Source: Acidimicrobiia bacterium (GTDB lineage Bacteria; Actinomycetota; Acidimicrobiia; IMCC26256; JADLDD01). Taken from it: 64,000 nucleotides of DNA. A program made the translations under genes and the position numbers. Positions 55,639-64,000 of this stretch are shown here, in pieces (position 1 is the first letter of the stretch; every line of letters begins with the position of its first letter). The notes beneath the pieces were generated by a model. The model ran no database searches and was not told where the DNA came from. It worked only from the letters and a program-made list of their open reading frames with translations. Location: positions 16,517 through 80,516 of the forward strand of contig JADLDD010000081.1 of the NCBI GenBank assembly GCA_020846855.1, read 5' to 3'.

Positions 55639-55940
55639 GCCTCCACCGCCCCGAGCCGGGCGGCCACGTAGTCGGCCAGGTCCCCGACCGTTCGCAGCTC
55701 GGCCAGGTCGGCGTCGTCGAGGGAGAAGCCGACCATCCGCTCGCCCAGGTCCTCCTCCACGAGCGCGGCGATCTCGTAGACGGCCGGGTCGCCGGCGCCC
55801 AGATCGCCGCCGAGCTCGGCACCGGGCGGGATCGGGGTGTCGTCGGGGAGGCCGAGCACCTCGGCGATCGCGGCCCGGACCACGGCGAGCACCTCGTCGG
55901 GCCCGATCGGTCCCCGCACGACGTTGGTCTCAGCCGGCAT
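55635..55940 (-). CDS. Acyl-carrier-protein-fold protein lacking the phosphopantetheine-attachment Ser
   Basis: 101 aa. It aligns along its length with E. coli AcpP as recalled, but DLGADSLDTVEL corresponds to DLGAGDPAVYEI here, so Ser36 is Asp. Sits in the plsX-acp-rnc slot and overlaps both neighbours. Confidence 0.75.
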   Translation of the reverse strand: MPAETNVVRGPIGPDEVLAVVRAAIAEVLGLPDDTPIPPGAELGGDLGAGDPAVYEIAALVEEDLGERMVGFSLDDADLAELRTVGDLADYVAARLGAVEA

Positions 55941-56937
55941 CGCCCACCGCCTCCGCGACCCGATCGACGGCCCGTTCCCTGACGCACTCGACCGCGACCC
56001 CCACCGCGTTGACGATCGCCCGGGCCGACGACGAGCCGTGGGAGATGATGCACACGCCCCGGACGCCCAGCAGCAGGGCGCCTCCGGTGGTGTCGGGGTC
56101 GAGGTCGGAGGCGGCGCCGAGCAGCAGAGGAGTGACCGTGCGGCCGGCGTCGCCGGCTTCGTCGGAGCCGAGCACCCCGAACACGAGGCCGGCCACGGCC
56201 CGAACCGATCCCTCGATCGTCTTGAGGACCACGTTGCCCGTGAAGCCGTCGGTGACCACCACGTCGACGCGATCGCTCACGACGTCGCGGCCCTCGATGT
56301 TGCCGATGAACCCCGGTACGCCCTCGAGCAGGCCGTGAGCCTTCTTGCGCAGGTCGTCGCCCTTGCCGGGCTCCTCGCCGTTGGAGAGCAGCCCCACGCG
56401 GGGCTCGTCGACGCCGAGGCGGATCCGGGCGTACTCACGGCCCATGCGCGCGAACTGCTCGAGCCACTCGGGCGCGCAGTCGACGGTCGCTCCGGCGTCG
56501 AGGAGTATCTGCGGGCGCCCGCCGGGGACCGGCACGGGCACCGCGATGGCGGGACGGGCCACGCCCGGCAGCCGCCCGAAGCGGAACAGGGCGGCCGCCA
56601 TGGCCGCGCCCGTGTTCCCGGCGCTGACCATGGCGTGGGCGTGGCCGTCGCGGACGGCCTCGGCGGCCCGTACGACGGACGAGTCCTTGCGGGTCCGCAC
56701 CGCGGCAGCCGGGTCTTCGGCCATGCCGACGACCTCGGACGCGGCCAGCAGCTCGACGCCGTCGGGGACCCCGCCGGCGGGCAGGAGCGGTTCGATCTCG
56801 TCGGGGCGCCCGACCAGCAGCACCCCCACCCCGAGCTCGTCGGCGGCCCGGAGCCCGCCGGCCACCAGCTCACCGGGCGCCCGGTCGCCGCCCATGGCGT
56901 CGACGGCGACGGTGAGCCGTTGGGGCGAGGCGGTCAC
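55930..56937 (-). CDS. plsX: Phosphate acyltransferase PlsX
   Basis: VAVDAMGGD, SAGNTGA, GFTGNVVLKT. Confidence 0.95.
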   Translation of the reverse strand: MTASPQRLTVAVDAMGGDRAPGELVAGGLRAADELGVGVLLVGRPDEIEPLLPAGGVPDGVELLAASEVVGMAEDPAAAVRTRKDSSVVRAAEAVRDGHAHAMVSAGNTGAAMAAALFRFGRLPGVARPAIAVPVPVPGGRPQILLDAGATVDCAPEWLEQFARMGREYARIRLGVDEPRVGLLSNGEEPGKGDDLRKKAHGLLEGVPGFIGNIEGRDVVSDRVDVVVTDGFTGNVVLKTIEGSVRAVAGLVFGVLGSDEAGDAGRTVTPLLLGAASDLDPDTTGGALLLGVRGVCIISHGSSSARAIVNAVGVAVECVRERAVDRVAEAVGDAG

Positions 56938-56946
56938 GACCGCGTC

Positions 56947-57126
56947 CTAGTCGACGGCGACGGCCGGCCGGCCCTTGTACCAACCGCAGTTGGCGCAGAC
57001 CACGTGGGGCACCTTCGAGTCGCCGCAGATGGAGCAGACCGAGTGCGCCGGCGTTCCGACCCGGCGGTTGGCGGAACGGCGGCTGTGGGTCTTGCTCCGG
57101 GGGGTCTTCCTCTTGGGGACGGCCAT
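56947..57126 (-). CDS. rpmF: 50S ribosomal protein L32
   Basis: Not in the ORF track (59 aa). My translation is MAVPKRKTPRSKTHSRRSANRRV...CSICGDSKVPHVVCANCGWYKGR. Confidence 0.9.
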   Translation of the reverse strand: MAVPKRKTPRSKTHSRRSANRRVGTPAHSVCSICGDSKVPHVVCANCGWYKGRPAVAVD

Positions 57127-57156
57127 GGACGGCTCCTGTCTCGGGATCCGGACTTC

Positions 57157-57681
57157 TCAGAGGTGCAGCTCGCGCAGGGCGTCCCAGCGCGGGTCGGGCT
57201 CGTCGGGGTCGCATGAGCACGACGCCACGTTCAGGTCCGCGCCGCATCGGGGGCAGAGGCCCCGGCAGTCGTCGCGGCAGTGCGGTGCCGCGGGCAGCTC
57301 CACGAGGAGGTTGTCGCGCACGGCGGGCTCGAGGTCGATGTGGTCGCCCTCGACGGCGTAGGTCTCGCCCTCGACCGGGTGCTCCTCGAAGAGCTCGTCG
57401 ACGCGGACGGAGATCGCCCGTTCGACGGGCCCCAGGCAGCGGCTGCATGCGGCACGCCAGCAACCCGACACCGTTCCCCGCGCCACTATCCCCTCCCCGA
57501 CGCGCTCGAGGGAGAAGTCGATCCGAAGGTCGGCACCGGGGGCCATCTGCACCGGGCCGGCGGCCAGGTTCCCGGCAAGCTCGCCGGTCGGGGCCGAGAG
57601 ATGGACCTCGCGGCGACCGCCCCCGTGGCGGAGGAGGTCGGCGACGTCGACGCGCAGGGTGCTGGATGTGGTCACGATCAT
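57157..57681 (-). CDS. yceD: YceD/DUF177 family protein
   Basis: The CxxC...CxxC tail (CRDDCRGLCPRCGADLN) and the conserved position upstream of rpmF. Start at MIVTTSS (57681). Confidence 0.85.
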   Translation of the reverse strand: MIVTTSSTLRVDVADLLRHGGGRREVHLSAPTGELAGNLAAGPVQMAPGADLRIDFSLERVGEGIVARGTVSGCWRAACSRCLGPVERAISVRVDELFEEHPVEGETYAVEGDHIDLEPAVRDNLLVELPAAPHCRDDCRGLCPRCGADLNVASCSCDPDEPDPRWDALRELHL

Positions 57682-57947
57682 CGGATTCCGTACGAAGTGC
57701 CGCACGGTGGGCGGTGGGCGGTGCGCGATCCCGCACCGCGGGCGGGCCCCGGACCCGGTCCGGTGCCGGGCCGGCCCGACGGGGCTGGTGGAGGGCGCTG
57801 GTGGACGTTGCCGGGGCACGGTGCCGGTTGCCGGACCCGCGCGGCATAGTAGCAGGTCACGGCCGTTTCCCAGCTACTGGCAGGGCACGCGGTCGGGCCC
57901 ACCTCCACCCGCGATGCCGTCCCGCCGACCCCAAGGGGGTCGGGACG

Positions 57948-58550
57948 TCAGACGGAGTCCTGGTCGAAGAAGGTGCTCTCCGCGCCGATCCGCTCCTCGC
58001 CGGGCGAGGACTCCTCGGGGGGAAGCTCGATGACCACCTGTAGCCGCTCCCGCCCCTTCTGGACCTGCTGCATGACCCGGTCGAGGACCACCTCGAACGC
58101 CGCGAGCTTCTGGTCGATGTAGTCCTCGGCCTCGTGCCGCAGCGCCCGGGCCTGGGCCTCGGCGTCGGACGTCACCTTCTCGGCCCGGCGGCGGGCTTCG
58201 CGCATCATCTCCGTCCGCTCGACCATGCGCTGGACCTGGATCCGCCCCGACTCGACGATCTCCTCCGCGTCGCGGCGGGCCTGGCCGAGGAACTCCTCGC
58301 GCTCCTTGAGCAGCCAGCGCGCCCGGCGCAGCTCCTCGGGCAGGCCGTCGAGGGTCATCTCGAGCAGGTCGAGGACGTCGTCGCGATTGACCAGGACCGA
58401 CGACGACATCGGCATCGAGCGGCTCGACTCCACGATGTCGCGCAGCCTCAAGAGCATGGCCTCGGTGTCGGGACGGTCGTCGTGGTGGATGTGTCCACCG
58501 GCGTCGTCGGCGCCGTCGGCGTCGTGGAGGTCGAGGTCGTCGCCGCTCAC
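57948..58550 (-). CDS. Coiled-coil protein, hypothetical (conserved slot downstream of coaD)
   Basis: 200 aa with an acidic N-terminus and long heptad-like Arg/Glu helices (LKEREEFLGQARRDAEEIVESGRIQVQRMVERTEMMREARRRAEK...). Its start overlaps the coaD stop. Confidence 0.6.
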   Translation of the reverse strand: MSGDDLDLHDADGADDAGGHIHHDDRPDTEAMLLRLRDIVESSRSMPMSSSVLVNRDDVLDLLEMTLDGLPEELRRARWLLKEREEFLGQARRDAEEIVESGRIQVQRMVERTEMMREARRRAEKVTSDAEAQARALRHEAEDYIDQKLAAFEVVLDRVMQQVQKGRERLQVVIELPPEESSPGEERIGAESTFFDQDSV

Positions 58551-59041
58551 GGGTTCGCCCCCTCGGGACCGTAACGGGTCTCCAGCCGCTTCGCGACCGC
58601 GGGCGGGACCATGCTCGACACGTCGCCCCCGAAGCGGGCGACCTCCTTGACGAGGCTCGACGACAGGAAGGAGTGCTGGGGGCTCGTCGACACGAAGAAC
58701 GTGTCGACCCCGCTGAGGCGCTGGTTCATCTGGGCCATCTGGAGCTCGTAGTCGAAGTCGGAGATGGCGCGGAGGCCCTTGACGATCACCTCCGCGCCGC
58801 AGTCCCTCGCGAAGTCGACGAGCAGGCCCTTGAAGAAGCGGATCGACACGTTGGGCAGGTGCGCGGTGACCTCGTGCAGGAGCTCCTGGCGCTCCTCCAG
58901 CCCGAAGAGAGCCTGTGCCTTCTGGGGGTTTCGGATCACGGCGACCACGACGTTCTCGAAGTGGCGCGCGGTGCGCTCGATGATGTCGATGTGGCCGTAG
59001 GTGACCGGGTCGAACGACCCCGGGCAGATCGCGGTGGGCAC
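58547..59041 (-). CDS. coaD: Phosphopantetheine adenylyltransferase
   Basis: AICPGSFDPVTYGHIDII, and ISDFDYELQMAQMN. GTG 59041. Confidence 0.93.
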   Translation of the reverse strand: MPTAICPGSFDPVTYGHIDIIERTARHFENVVVAVIRNPQKAQALFGLEERQELLHEVTAHLPNVSIRFFKGLLVDFARDCGAEVIVKGLRAISDFDYELQMAQMNQRLSGVDTFFVSTSPQHSFLSSSLVKEVARFGGDVSSMVPPAVAKRLETRYGPEGANP

Positions 59042-59112
59042 GGGCTGGGCTCCCCGGTGCTCGGTCGGGTCAGGATCGGGTGCTGACGGTCGAACGGGTC
59101 GGACGCCGCCCG

Positions 59113-59730
59113 TCACGCGGAGGGGGCGACGACCCGCACGAGCGTATCCCCGTAGGTGCGCTCCCACGCGATTCCCCAGCCGGCGGGGACCCAGCCCGCG
59201 GCGGCCGGACCCCGGTGCCCGGGAGCGGTGGCGGCCCGGAGCTCCATCATCACCCGCGCGTCCGCCTCCACCCACCCGGGGCGGGCCAGGCCGGCCAGGA
59301 CGGGCTCCAGGTCCTGCTCGGCCTGCTCGTAGGGCGGATCGAGGAACACGAGGCCGAACGGGGCCTCGGGCGGCGGCGACGAGAGGAAGGACCGGATCGG
59401 CCGCACCACCACCCGGGCCCGGTCCGCCAACCCCATCCGGGAGAGGTTGGCCCGTGCCACCTCGGCGGCCCGGCGATCGCGCTCCACGAGCACGGCGCGG
59501 CTCGCCCCGCGCGACAGCGCTTCGACCGCGAGGGAGCCGCTGCCGGCGTACACGTCGAGGACCGACATCCCCTCGACCCGGTCCGGCCCGAGCGCCGCGA
59601 AGAGCGCCTCCTTCACGCGGTCGGTGGTCGGCCGGGTGCGCATCCCGTGCGGCGCGGCCAGCCGCCGCCCGCCCAGCTCACCGCCGACGACCCTGGGGCC
59701 GCGGCCGCGCCTCGGTTCCGGCCCGCTCAT
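59113..59730 (-). CDS. rsmD: 16S rRNA (guanine966-N2)-methyltransferase RsmD
   Basis: RPTTDRVKEALF, VLDVYAGSGSLAVEALSRGA, VFLDPPY. Confidence 0.9.
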   Translation of the reverse strand: MSGPEPRRGRGPRVVGGELGGRRLAAPHGMRTRPTTDRVKEALFAALGPDRVEGMSVLDVYAGSGSLAVEALSRGASRAVLVERDRRAAEVARANLSRMGLADRARVVVRPIRSFLSSPPPEAPFGLVFLDPPYEQAEQDLEPVLAGLARPGWVEADARVMMELRAATAPGHRGPAAAGWVPAGWGIAWERTYGDTLVRVVAPSA

Positions 59731-59799
59731 GCGCCCATCGTGACCGCCGGCGACGCGGCGGTCAGATCGCGCCGGGACCGGCCCGGGACGGCGACGCGC

Positions 59800-60765
59800 T
59801 CAGAGCACCCCGGCCTGCTGCATGCGGGCCTCGACCACGTCGGCCATCCCCTGCTCACCGGCGGCGTTGGGATGGACGGGTGCGGCGTCGGTGAGCGGCA
59901 CGATGGGCTCGACCCACCGGGTGCCGGGCGCCCGGCAGGCGTCGTGCCCGATGCTCGGCGTGTAGGTGTCGACGTACTCCGCCCCGTGGGCCGCGGCCGT
60001 CGCGGCCAGCATCGCGTTCAGCGCCTTCTCCACGCCTCGCAGGTAGTCGATGTCGTCCCAGGCCAGGGGCAGGACGGGCCAGCAGCCGTGGCCGTCCTCG
60101 GGCAGGATGGCGGGGTAGCCCACGACGAAGACGCGTGCGTTCGGGGCCCGGTCACGGATGCCGTCGAGGACGGCGGCCACCTTCGGGGCCGTGGCGGCGA
60201 TGCGCGCCGCCAGGACGTCGTGACCACCCCCGGTGTAGAGGTCGGTGCACGGGGACCCGAACGGCAGCACCGCGACGCAGTCCTCGATGATGCCGCTGAA
60301 GCCGATGTCGTTGCCGCCGATCCCGAGGGTGACGATCGCGGTGGACGCGTCGAGGGCGTCGAACTGCGGGGCGTTCGGGCCCGGCGTGACGCCCTGGGGC
60401 TCGGTCATGTCGTCGGTGGTCGCGCCGCTGCAGCTCACGTCACGGAGCTCCATGCCCGTCGCCGGCGCGACCAGGTGCGGGTAGTTGCGCCCGGAGCGCA
60501 GGCAACCCAGCGGGTCGAGCGACTGCGGCAGGATCAGCGGGCCGGCGGTGTAGGAGTCGCCGAGCGCCACGTAGTTGGGCGGGTTGACGGGCGGGTCGAC
60601 GGTGCCGCAGGCCGCCCCCAGGGCCACGAGGGCCACCGCCGCGAGCAGGGCCGCCGGGCGCCGGGCGCGGCGGCTCCCCACCACGGTCGCCGCACGAGCC
60701 GCGGGCCGGTCGGGAAGGCCCGACCGCTCGGCGCCCGCTCCGCCGGATGTCGTTGTGTCGGGCAT
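59800..60765 (-). CDS. Secreted SGNH/GDSL hydrolase (lipase/esterase)
   Basis: Block I VALGDSYTAG, block III GIGGND, and block V DACRAPGTRWVEP...HPN. N-terminal RR-containing signal ending LGAACG. Start at MPDTTTS (60765). Confidence 0.82.
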   Translation of the reverse strand: MPDTTTSGGAGAERSGLPDRPAARAATVVGSRRARRPAALLAAVALVALGAACGTVDPPVNPPNYVALGDSYTAGPLILPQSLDPLGCLRSGRNYPHLVAPATGMELRDVSCSGATTDDMTEPQGVTPGPNAPQFDALDASTAIVTLGIGGNDIGFSGIIEDCVAVLPFGSPCTDLYTGGGHDVLAARIAATAPKVAAVLDGIRDRAPNARVFVVGYPAILPEDGHGCWPVLPLAWDDIDYLRGVEKALNAMLAATAAAHGAEYVDTYTPSIGHDACRAPGTRWVEPIVPLTDAAPVHPNAAGEQGMADVVEARMQQAGVL

Positions 60766-60833
60766 GGTCCCCCGTCCCCCCTGTGACCTCCGTGACCGGT
60801 ACGGCCTCTTCCGGCCCCGGCCTCCGTCTCCCC

Positions 60834-60885
60834 CGTCTCCACGGTCCGTCTCCACGGTCCGTCTCCACGGTCCGTCTCCACGGTC
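60834..60885. repeat. Four perfect tandem copies of the 13 bp unit cgtctccacggtc
   Basis: Verified against the track translation RLHGPSPRSVSTVRLHG, which shifts frame with each unit. Lies 69 nt upstream of the SGNH hydrolase start and downstream of recG. Confidence 0.9.
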
Positions 60886-61004
60886 GCCGCGGCCACCGGC
60901 GCCCCGAGAGGCACCGGGTCCGGCCGTCGACGGGCGCCGGGATCGGTGCATCATGCCCTTGAGCTTCCCAACCGGTCAAGCATCCCGGAGCGGGACAACA
61001 CGGT

Positions 61005-63194
61005 TCAGCTCTTGAACAGGAACTCCACGTCGTCGCCCAGCAGGTCCTCGACCTCCTCGGCGAGCGCCCGGTGGCGGGCGAGCGAGGGATCCGTGTCGAG
61101 GATGCCCTCGGCGGTGCTCCGGGCGAACTCCACGTAGCGTGCGTCGCGCGGAAGGCGACCGAGTTTGAGGTCGCCCATACCGGCCTGGCGCTCGCCGAAC
61201 ACCTCGCCCGCCCCGCGGATCTCGAGGTCGCGCTCGGCGAGGAGGAAGCCGTCGCCGGACTCGGCCATCGCCTCCATGCGGGCCTCGGAACCCGGCGTGG
61301 TGGAGTCGGCCACGAGGAAGCACCAGGAGGACCCCCCTCCGCGCCCCACGCGACCGCGAAGCTGGTGGAGCTGCGACAGGCCGAAGCGGTGGGCGTCCTC
61401 GACGACCATCACCGTGGCGTTCGGCACGTCGACGCCCACCTCGATCACGGTCGTGGCCACGAGCACGTCGACGGTCCCGGCCCGGAACTCGGCCATGGCC
61501 CGCTCCTTGTCGGCGGCCGGCATCTGGCCGTGCAGGAGTCCCACCCGCAGCCCGGACAGCTCCTCGGCGCCGAGACGTTCGTACTCCTCGACGGCGGCCC
61601 GGGCCTCGACCCGTTCGCTGCCCTCGACCAGCGGGCAGACCACGTACGCCTGGTGCCCCGCCCCGACCTCGGCGCGCAGCCGCTCGTAGGCCCCGGCGCG
61701 GCCCCGGTCGTCGGCGGTGACCACCCGGGTCGTCACGGGTGTGCGCCCCGGGGGCATCTCCCGCAGCTCGGACCGGTCGAGGTCGCCGTAGACGAGCATG
61801 GCCGCGGTGCGCGGGATGGGCGTGGCCGTCATCACCAGGACGTCGGGGATCCCACCGGCCCCGCCTCCGTCCCCGTCCCGGGTGCCGTCGCCGGCCGCCT
61901 CCCCCCCGGCCACGGGGGCGGCACTGCCCCGCAGCAGCGCCCGCTGCTCGACCCCGAAGCGATGCTGCTCGTCGATGACCGCGATCCCGAGGTCGCGGAA
62001 GGGTGCGTCGCCGTAGAGGAGCGCGTGGGTACCCACGACGACGTCGACCGTCCCGTCGCGGAGGCCCTCGGCCAGGCGGCGGCGCTCGGCCGCCGGGGTG
62101 CGGTTGGTCAGCAGGGCCACCGCGAGCGGACGCTCCCCGGTCAGGGTGTCGGCGCTGGCCACGGTGAGGTCACCGAGCAGCTCGCGGGCCACGCCGTGGA
62201 TCTGCTCGGCGAGGACCTCGGTGGGGGCCATCAACGCGCCCTGGTGGCCGCCCTGGACCGCGATCAGCAGCGCGGCCAGCGCGACGAGGGTCTTCCCCGA
62301 CCCCACCTCGCCCTGGAGCAGGCGGTGCATCGGCACGGAACGCGCCATGTCGGCGGAGACGGCGTCGACGGCGCGGCGCTGGTCGCCGGTCAGGTCGAAG
62401 GGCAGGGAGGCGAGGAAGCGCGCCACGAGCGGTCCGTCGACGTCGTGGGCGATGCCTCCTCCCGCGGCCTCCACGGCGCGCTTGCCGGCCACCAGACCGA
62501 TCTGCATGCGGAGGAACTCGTCGAAGCGCAGGCGGCGGCGGGCCCGGCGGGCGTCGTCGGGCGCGGCCGGACGGTGGACGTCGTGGTAGGCCGCGGTCCG
62601 CCCGACCAGCTTGAGCTCCCCGAGGACCGCCGCCGGGAGCGGCTCGACCAGCGGACCGGCCCACTCCAGCGCCGCGGCGACCACCGGTTGGATCTCCCAG
62701 GTGGAGACGTCGGCCTTGCCCGACTGGGGGTAGATGGGCACGACCACGCCGGTGCGGGCCTGACCGGCTCGGCCCAGCACGTCGACGACGGGGTTGGTGA
62801 AGCGCAGCCGCCCCCGGAAGAGGTCGACCTTGCCGAACAGCGCCACCTCGGTGCCCTCGGGGAGCTGCTTCTCCCGCCAGGCCTGGTTGAAGAAGGCCAC
62901 ATCGACCGCGGCGGCATCCTCCCCCACGACGGCCTCGACCAGGAACCGCCGGTTGCGGGTGCGGCGCCCCGCGATCCGGCGGACCTCCCCTACCACCGTG
63001 ACCTCGTCGCCGGGCTGCAGCGACGCGATCTCGGCCGAGCGGGTCCGGTCGTGGTAGCGCCGCGGATAGTGCTGGAGGACGTCGAGCACGGTGGCGAGGC
63101 CCATCGCCTCGAGGCGGGGCCGCAGCTTCGGCGCGACACCGACCTCCGCGATCGGGACCGCGGCCAGTTCCCTGAGCGTCCGCTCGCGAGCCAA
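61005..63194 (-). CDS. recG: ATP-dependent DNA helicase RecG
   Basis: Wedge/OB N-domain and helicase motifs GEVGSGKT, DEQHRFG, TATPIPRT and QLHQLRGRVGRG. Confidence 0.95.
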   Translation of the reverse strand: MARERTLRELAAVPIAEVGVAPKLRPRLEAMGLATVLDVLQHYPRRYHDRTRSAEIASLQPGDEVTVVGEVRRIAGRRTRNRRFLVEAVVGEDAAAVDVAFFNQAWREKQLPEGTEVALFGKVDLFRGRLRFTNPVVDVLGRAGQARTGVVVPIYPQSGKADVSTWEIQPVVAAALEWAGPLVEPLPAAVLGELKLVGRTAAYHDVHRPAAPDDARRARRRLRFDEFLRMQIGLVAGKRAVEAAGGGIAHDVDGPLVARFLASLPFDLTGDQRRAVDAVSADMARSVPMHRLLQGEVGSGKTLVALAALLIAVQGGHQGALMAPTEVLAEQIHGVARELLGDLTVASADTLTGERPLAVALLTNRTPAAERRRLAEGLRDGTVDVVVGTHALLYGDAPFRDLGIAVIDEQHRFGVEQRALLRGSAAPVAGGEAAGDGTRDGDGGGAGGIPDVLVMTATPIPRTAAMLVYGDLDRSELREMPPGRTPVTTRVVTADDRGRAGAYERLRAEVGAGHQAYVVCPLVEGSERVEARAAVEEYERLGAEELSGLRVGLLHGQMPAADKERAMAEFRAGTVDVLVATTVIEVGVDVPNATVMVVEDAHRFGLSQLHQLRGRVGRGGGSSWCFLVADSTTPGSEARMEAMAESGDGFLLAERDLEIRGAGEVFGERQAGMGDLKLGRLPRDARYVEFARSTAEGILDTDPSLARHRALAEEVEDLLGDDVEFLFKS

Positions 63195-63212
63195 GGGACG
63201 GCGGACGGAGAG

Positions 63213-64000
63213 CTACTCCACCCCGACGAGGTAGGGGTAGAGGGGTTGGTCGCCCTGGTGCACCTCGATCTCCACGTGGGGATGGGCGAACGCCACGTGC
63301 TCCTCGACGCGCGAGGTGTCGGCGGGGCGGGCGTCGGCGCCCACCACCACGGTCACGAGCTCGGAGTCGGCGTCGACCAGCCGGTTGACCAGCTCGATCG
63401 CCGCCTCGCACGCGGAGTCGCTCCGGGCGACGATCCCCTCCCGGGTGATGGACAGCCAGTCGCCGGCGGCGATCGGGCCGCACTCGGCGACGCTGTCGCG
63501 CACGGCCTGCGTCACCTCCCCCGAGCGCACGTTCGAGACGGCCTCCTCCATGGCCTCCACGTTGGAGCCGAGAAGAGCGGCCGGGTCGTAGGCGACGAGC
63601 GACGCCAGGCCCTCGGCGACGGCCGTGGTCGGCACCACCGCGACCCGCTTGTCGGTGAGCGCGTCGACCTGGCGGGCGACGGGGACGATGTTCTTGTTGT
63701 TGGGGAGGACGACGACGGCGCGCGAGGGGCAGGACTCCACCGCCTCGAGGATCTGCGCCGTCGACGGGTTCATCGACTGGCCCCCGGCGACGAGGGCCGT
63801 CACCCCCATGCTCTGGAACAGGCGCCGCAGGCCGGCTCCGACGGCCACCGCGACCACGGCGGTGGTCGGTGGAGGCGCGGCCGGGCCGGGGGCCGGAGCC
63901 GCGCCCGGCGGCGAGGCCGCCGAGGACACCGCATCGCCCAGCCCTCCGGCGACGGCGACCCCCGTCTGCTCCCGCACCCAGCTCTCCTCCTCTACCTGCT
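63213..64000 (-). CDS. yloV: DAK2-domain fusion protein YloV, C-terminal half (5' end outside the window)
   Basis: VAVAVGAGLRRLFQSMGV..GGQSMNPSTAQILEAV...VVLPNNKNIVPVA. The frame stays open to the window edge. Confidence 0.8.
   Translation of the reverse strand, partial: QVEEESWVREQTGVAVAGGLGDAVSSAASPPGAAPAPGPAAPPPTTAVVAVAVGAGLRRLFQSMGVTALVAGGQSMNPSTAQILEAVESCPSRAVVVLPNNKNIVPVARQVDALTDKRVAVVPTTAVAEGLASLVAYDPAALLGSNVEAMEEAVSNVRSGEVTQAVRDSVAECGPIAAGDWLSITREGIVARSDSACEAAIELVNRLVDADSELVTVVVGADARPADTSRVEEHVAFAHPHVEIEVHQGDQPLYPYLVGVE

Noticed and set aside
57919-57947. Hairpin ccgacccc-aag-ggggtcgg just after the stop of the coiled-coil gene, as a terminator
   Set aside because: The stem is plausible, but there is no U-tract and yceD follows on the same strand. 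It is not distinguishable from the generic GC hairpins that are frequent in this sequence, so it is not listed as a feature.

Overview
Very GC-rich sequence (over 70% G+C by eye, not computed) that looks like core chromosome of a high-GC Actinomycetota genome. About 60 protein genes are tightly packed, and almost all are on the minus strand. Many are joined by 1-17 nt start/stop overlaps. Two conserved housekeeping blocks dominate. The first is dapB-pepR-pnp-rpsO-ribF-truB-nrnA-rbfA-DUF503-infB-ylxR-nusA-rimP ... proS ... ispG-rseP-dxr-cdsA-frr-pyrH-tsf-rpsB. The second is whiG-xerC ... yraN-DUF2469-rplS-trmD-rimM-KH-rpsP-ffh-ftsY-mscS-smc-acyP-mutM-rnc-ACP-like-plsX-rpmF-yceD-coaD-rsmD-recG-yloV. 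I found no rRNA, tRNA, CRISPR array, IS or prophage, and no obvious defence island or novel multi-gene system, so this is mostly an ordinary region. The observations worth a second look are local. (1) A ~47-50 nt element occurs twice in tandem just upstream of dapB and a third time in-frame inside proS. (2) An in-frame TAA sits at a conserved Tyr codon and splits ispG. (3) A LigC-type ATP-dependent DNA ligase has Thr in place of the motif I catalytic Lys. It is paired convergently with a stand-alone Prim-Pol gene, and the pair is wedged between proS and rimP. (4) An ACP-fold protein between plsX and rnc lacks the phosphopantetheine-attachment Ser. (5) comM-dprA is inverted relative to the usual yraN-comM-dprA-xerC order. 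(6) Several 12-14 bp tandem arrays lie in intergenic regions. (7) Housekeeping proteins carry unusual fusions or extensions: an M23 peptidase fused to an alpha/beta hydrolase, a ~400 aa N-terminal extension on CdsA, an RD/RG tail on PNPase and a poly-Asp head on the KH protein. Start codons are inferred from homolog N-termini, SD-like motifs and gene overlaps, so they may be off by a few codons. The ORF track writes GTG/TTG starts as M. Many long ORFs in the track are GC-driven artefacts antisense to real genes.
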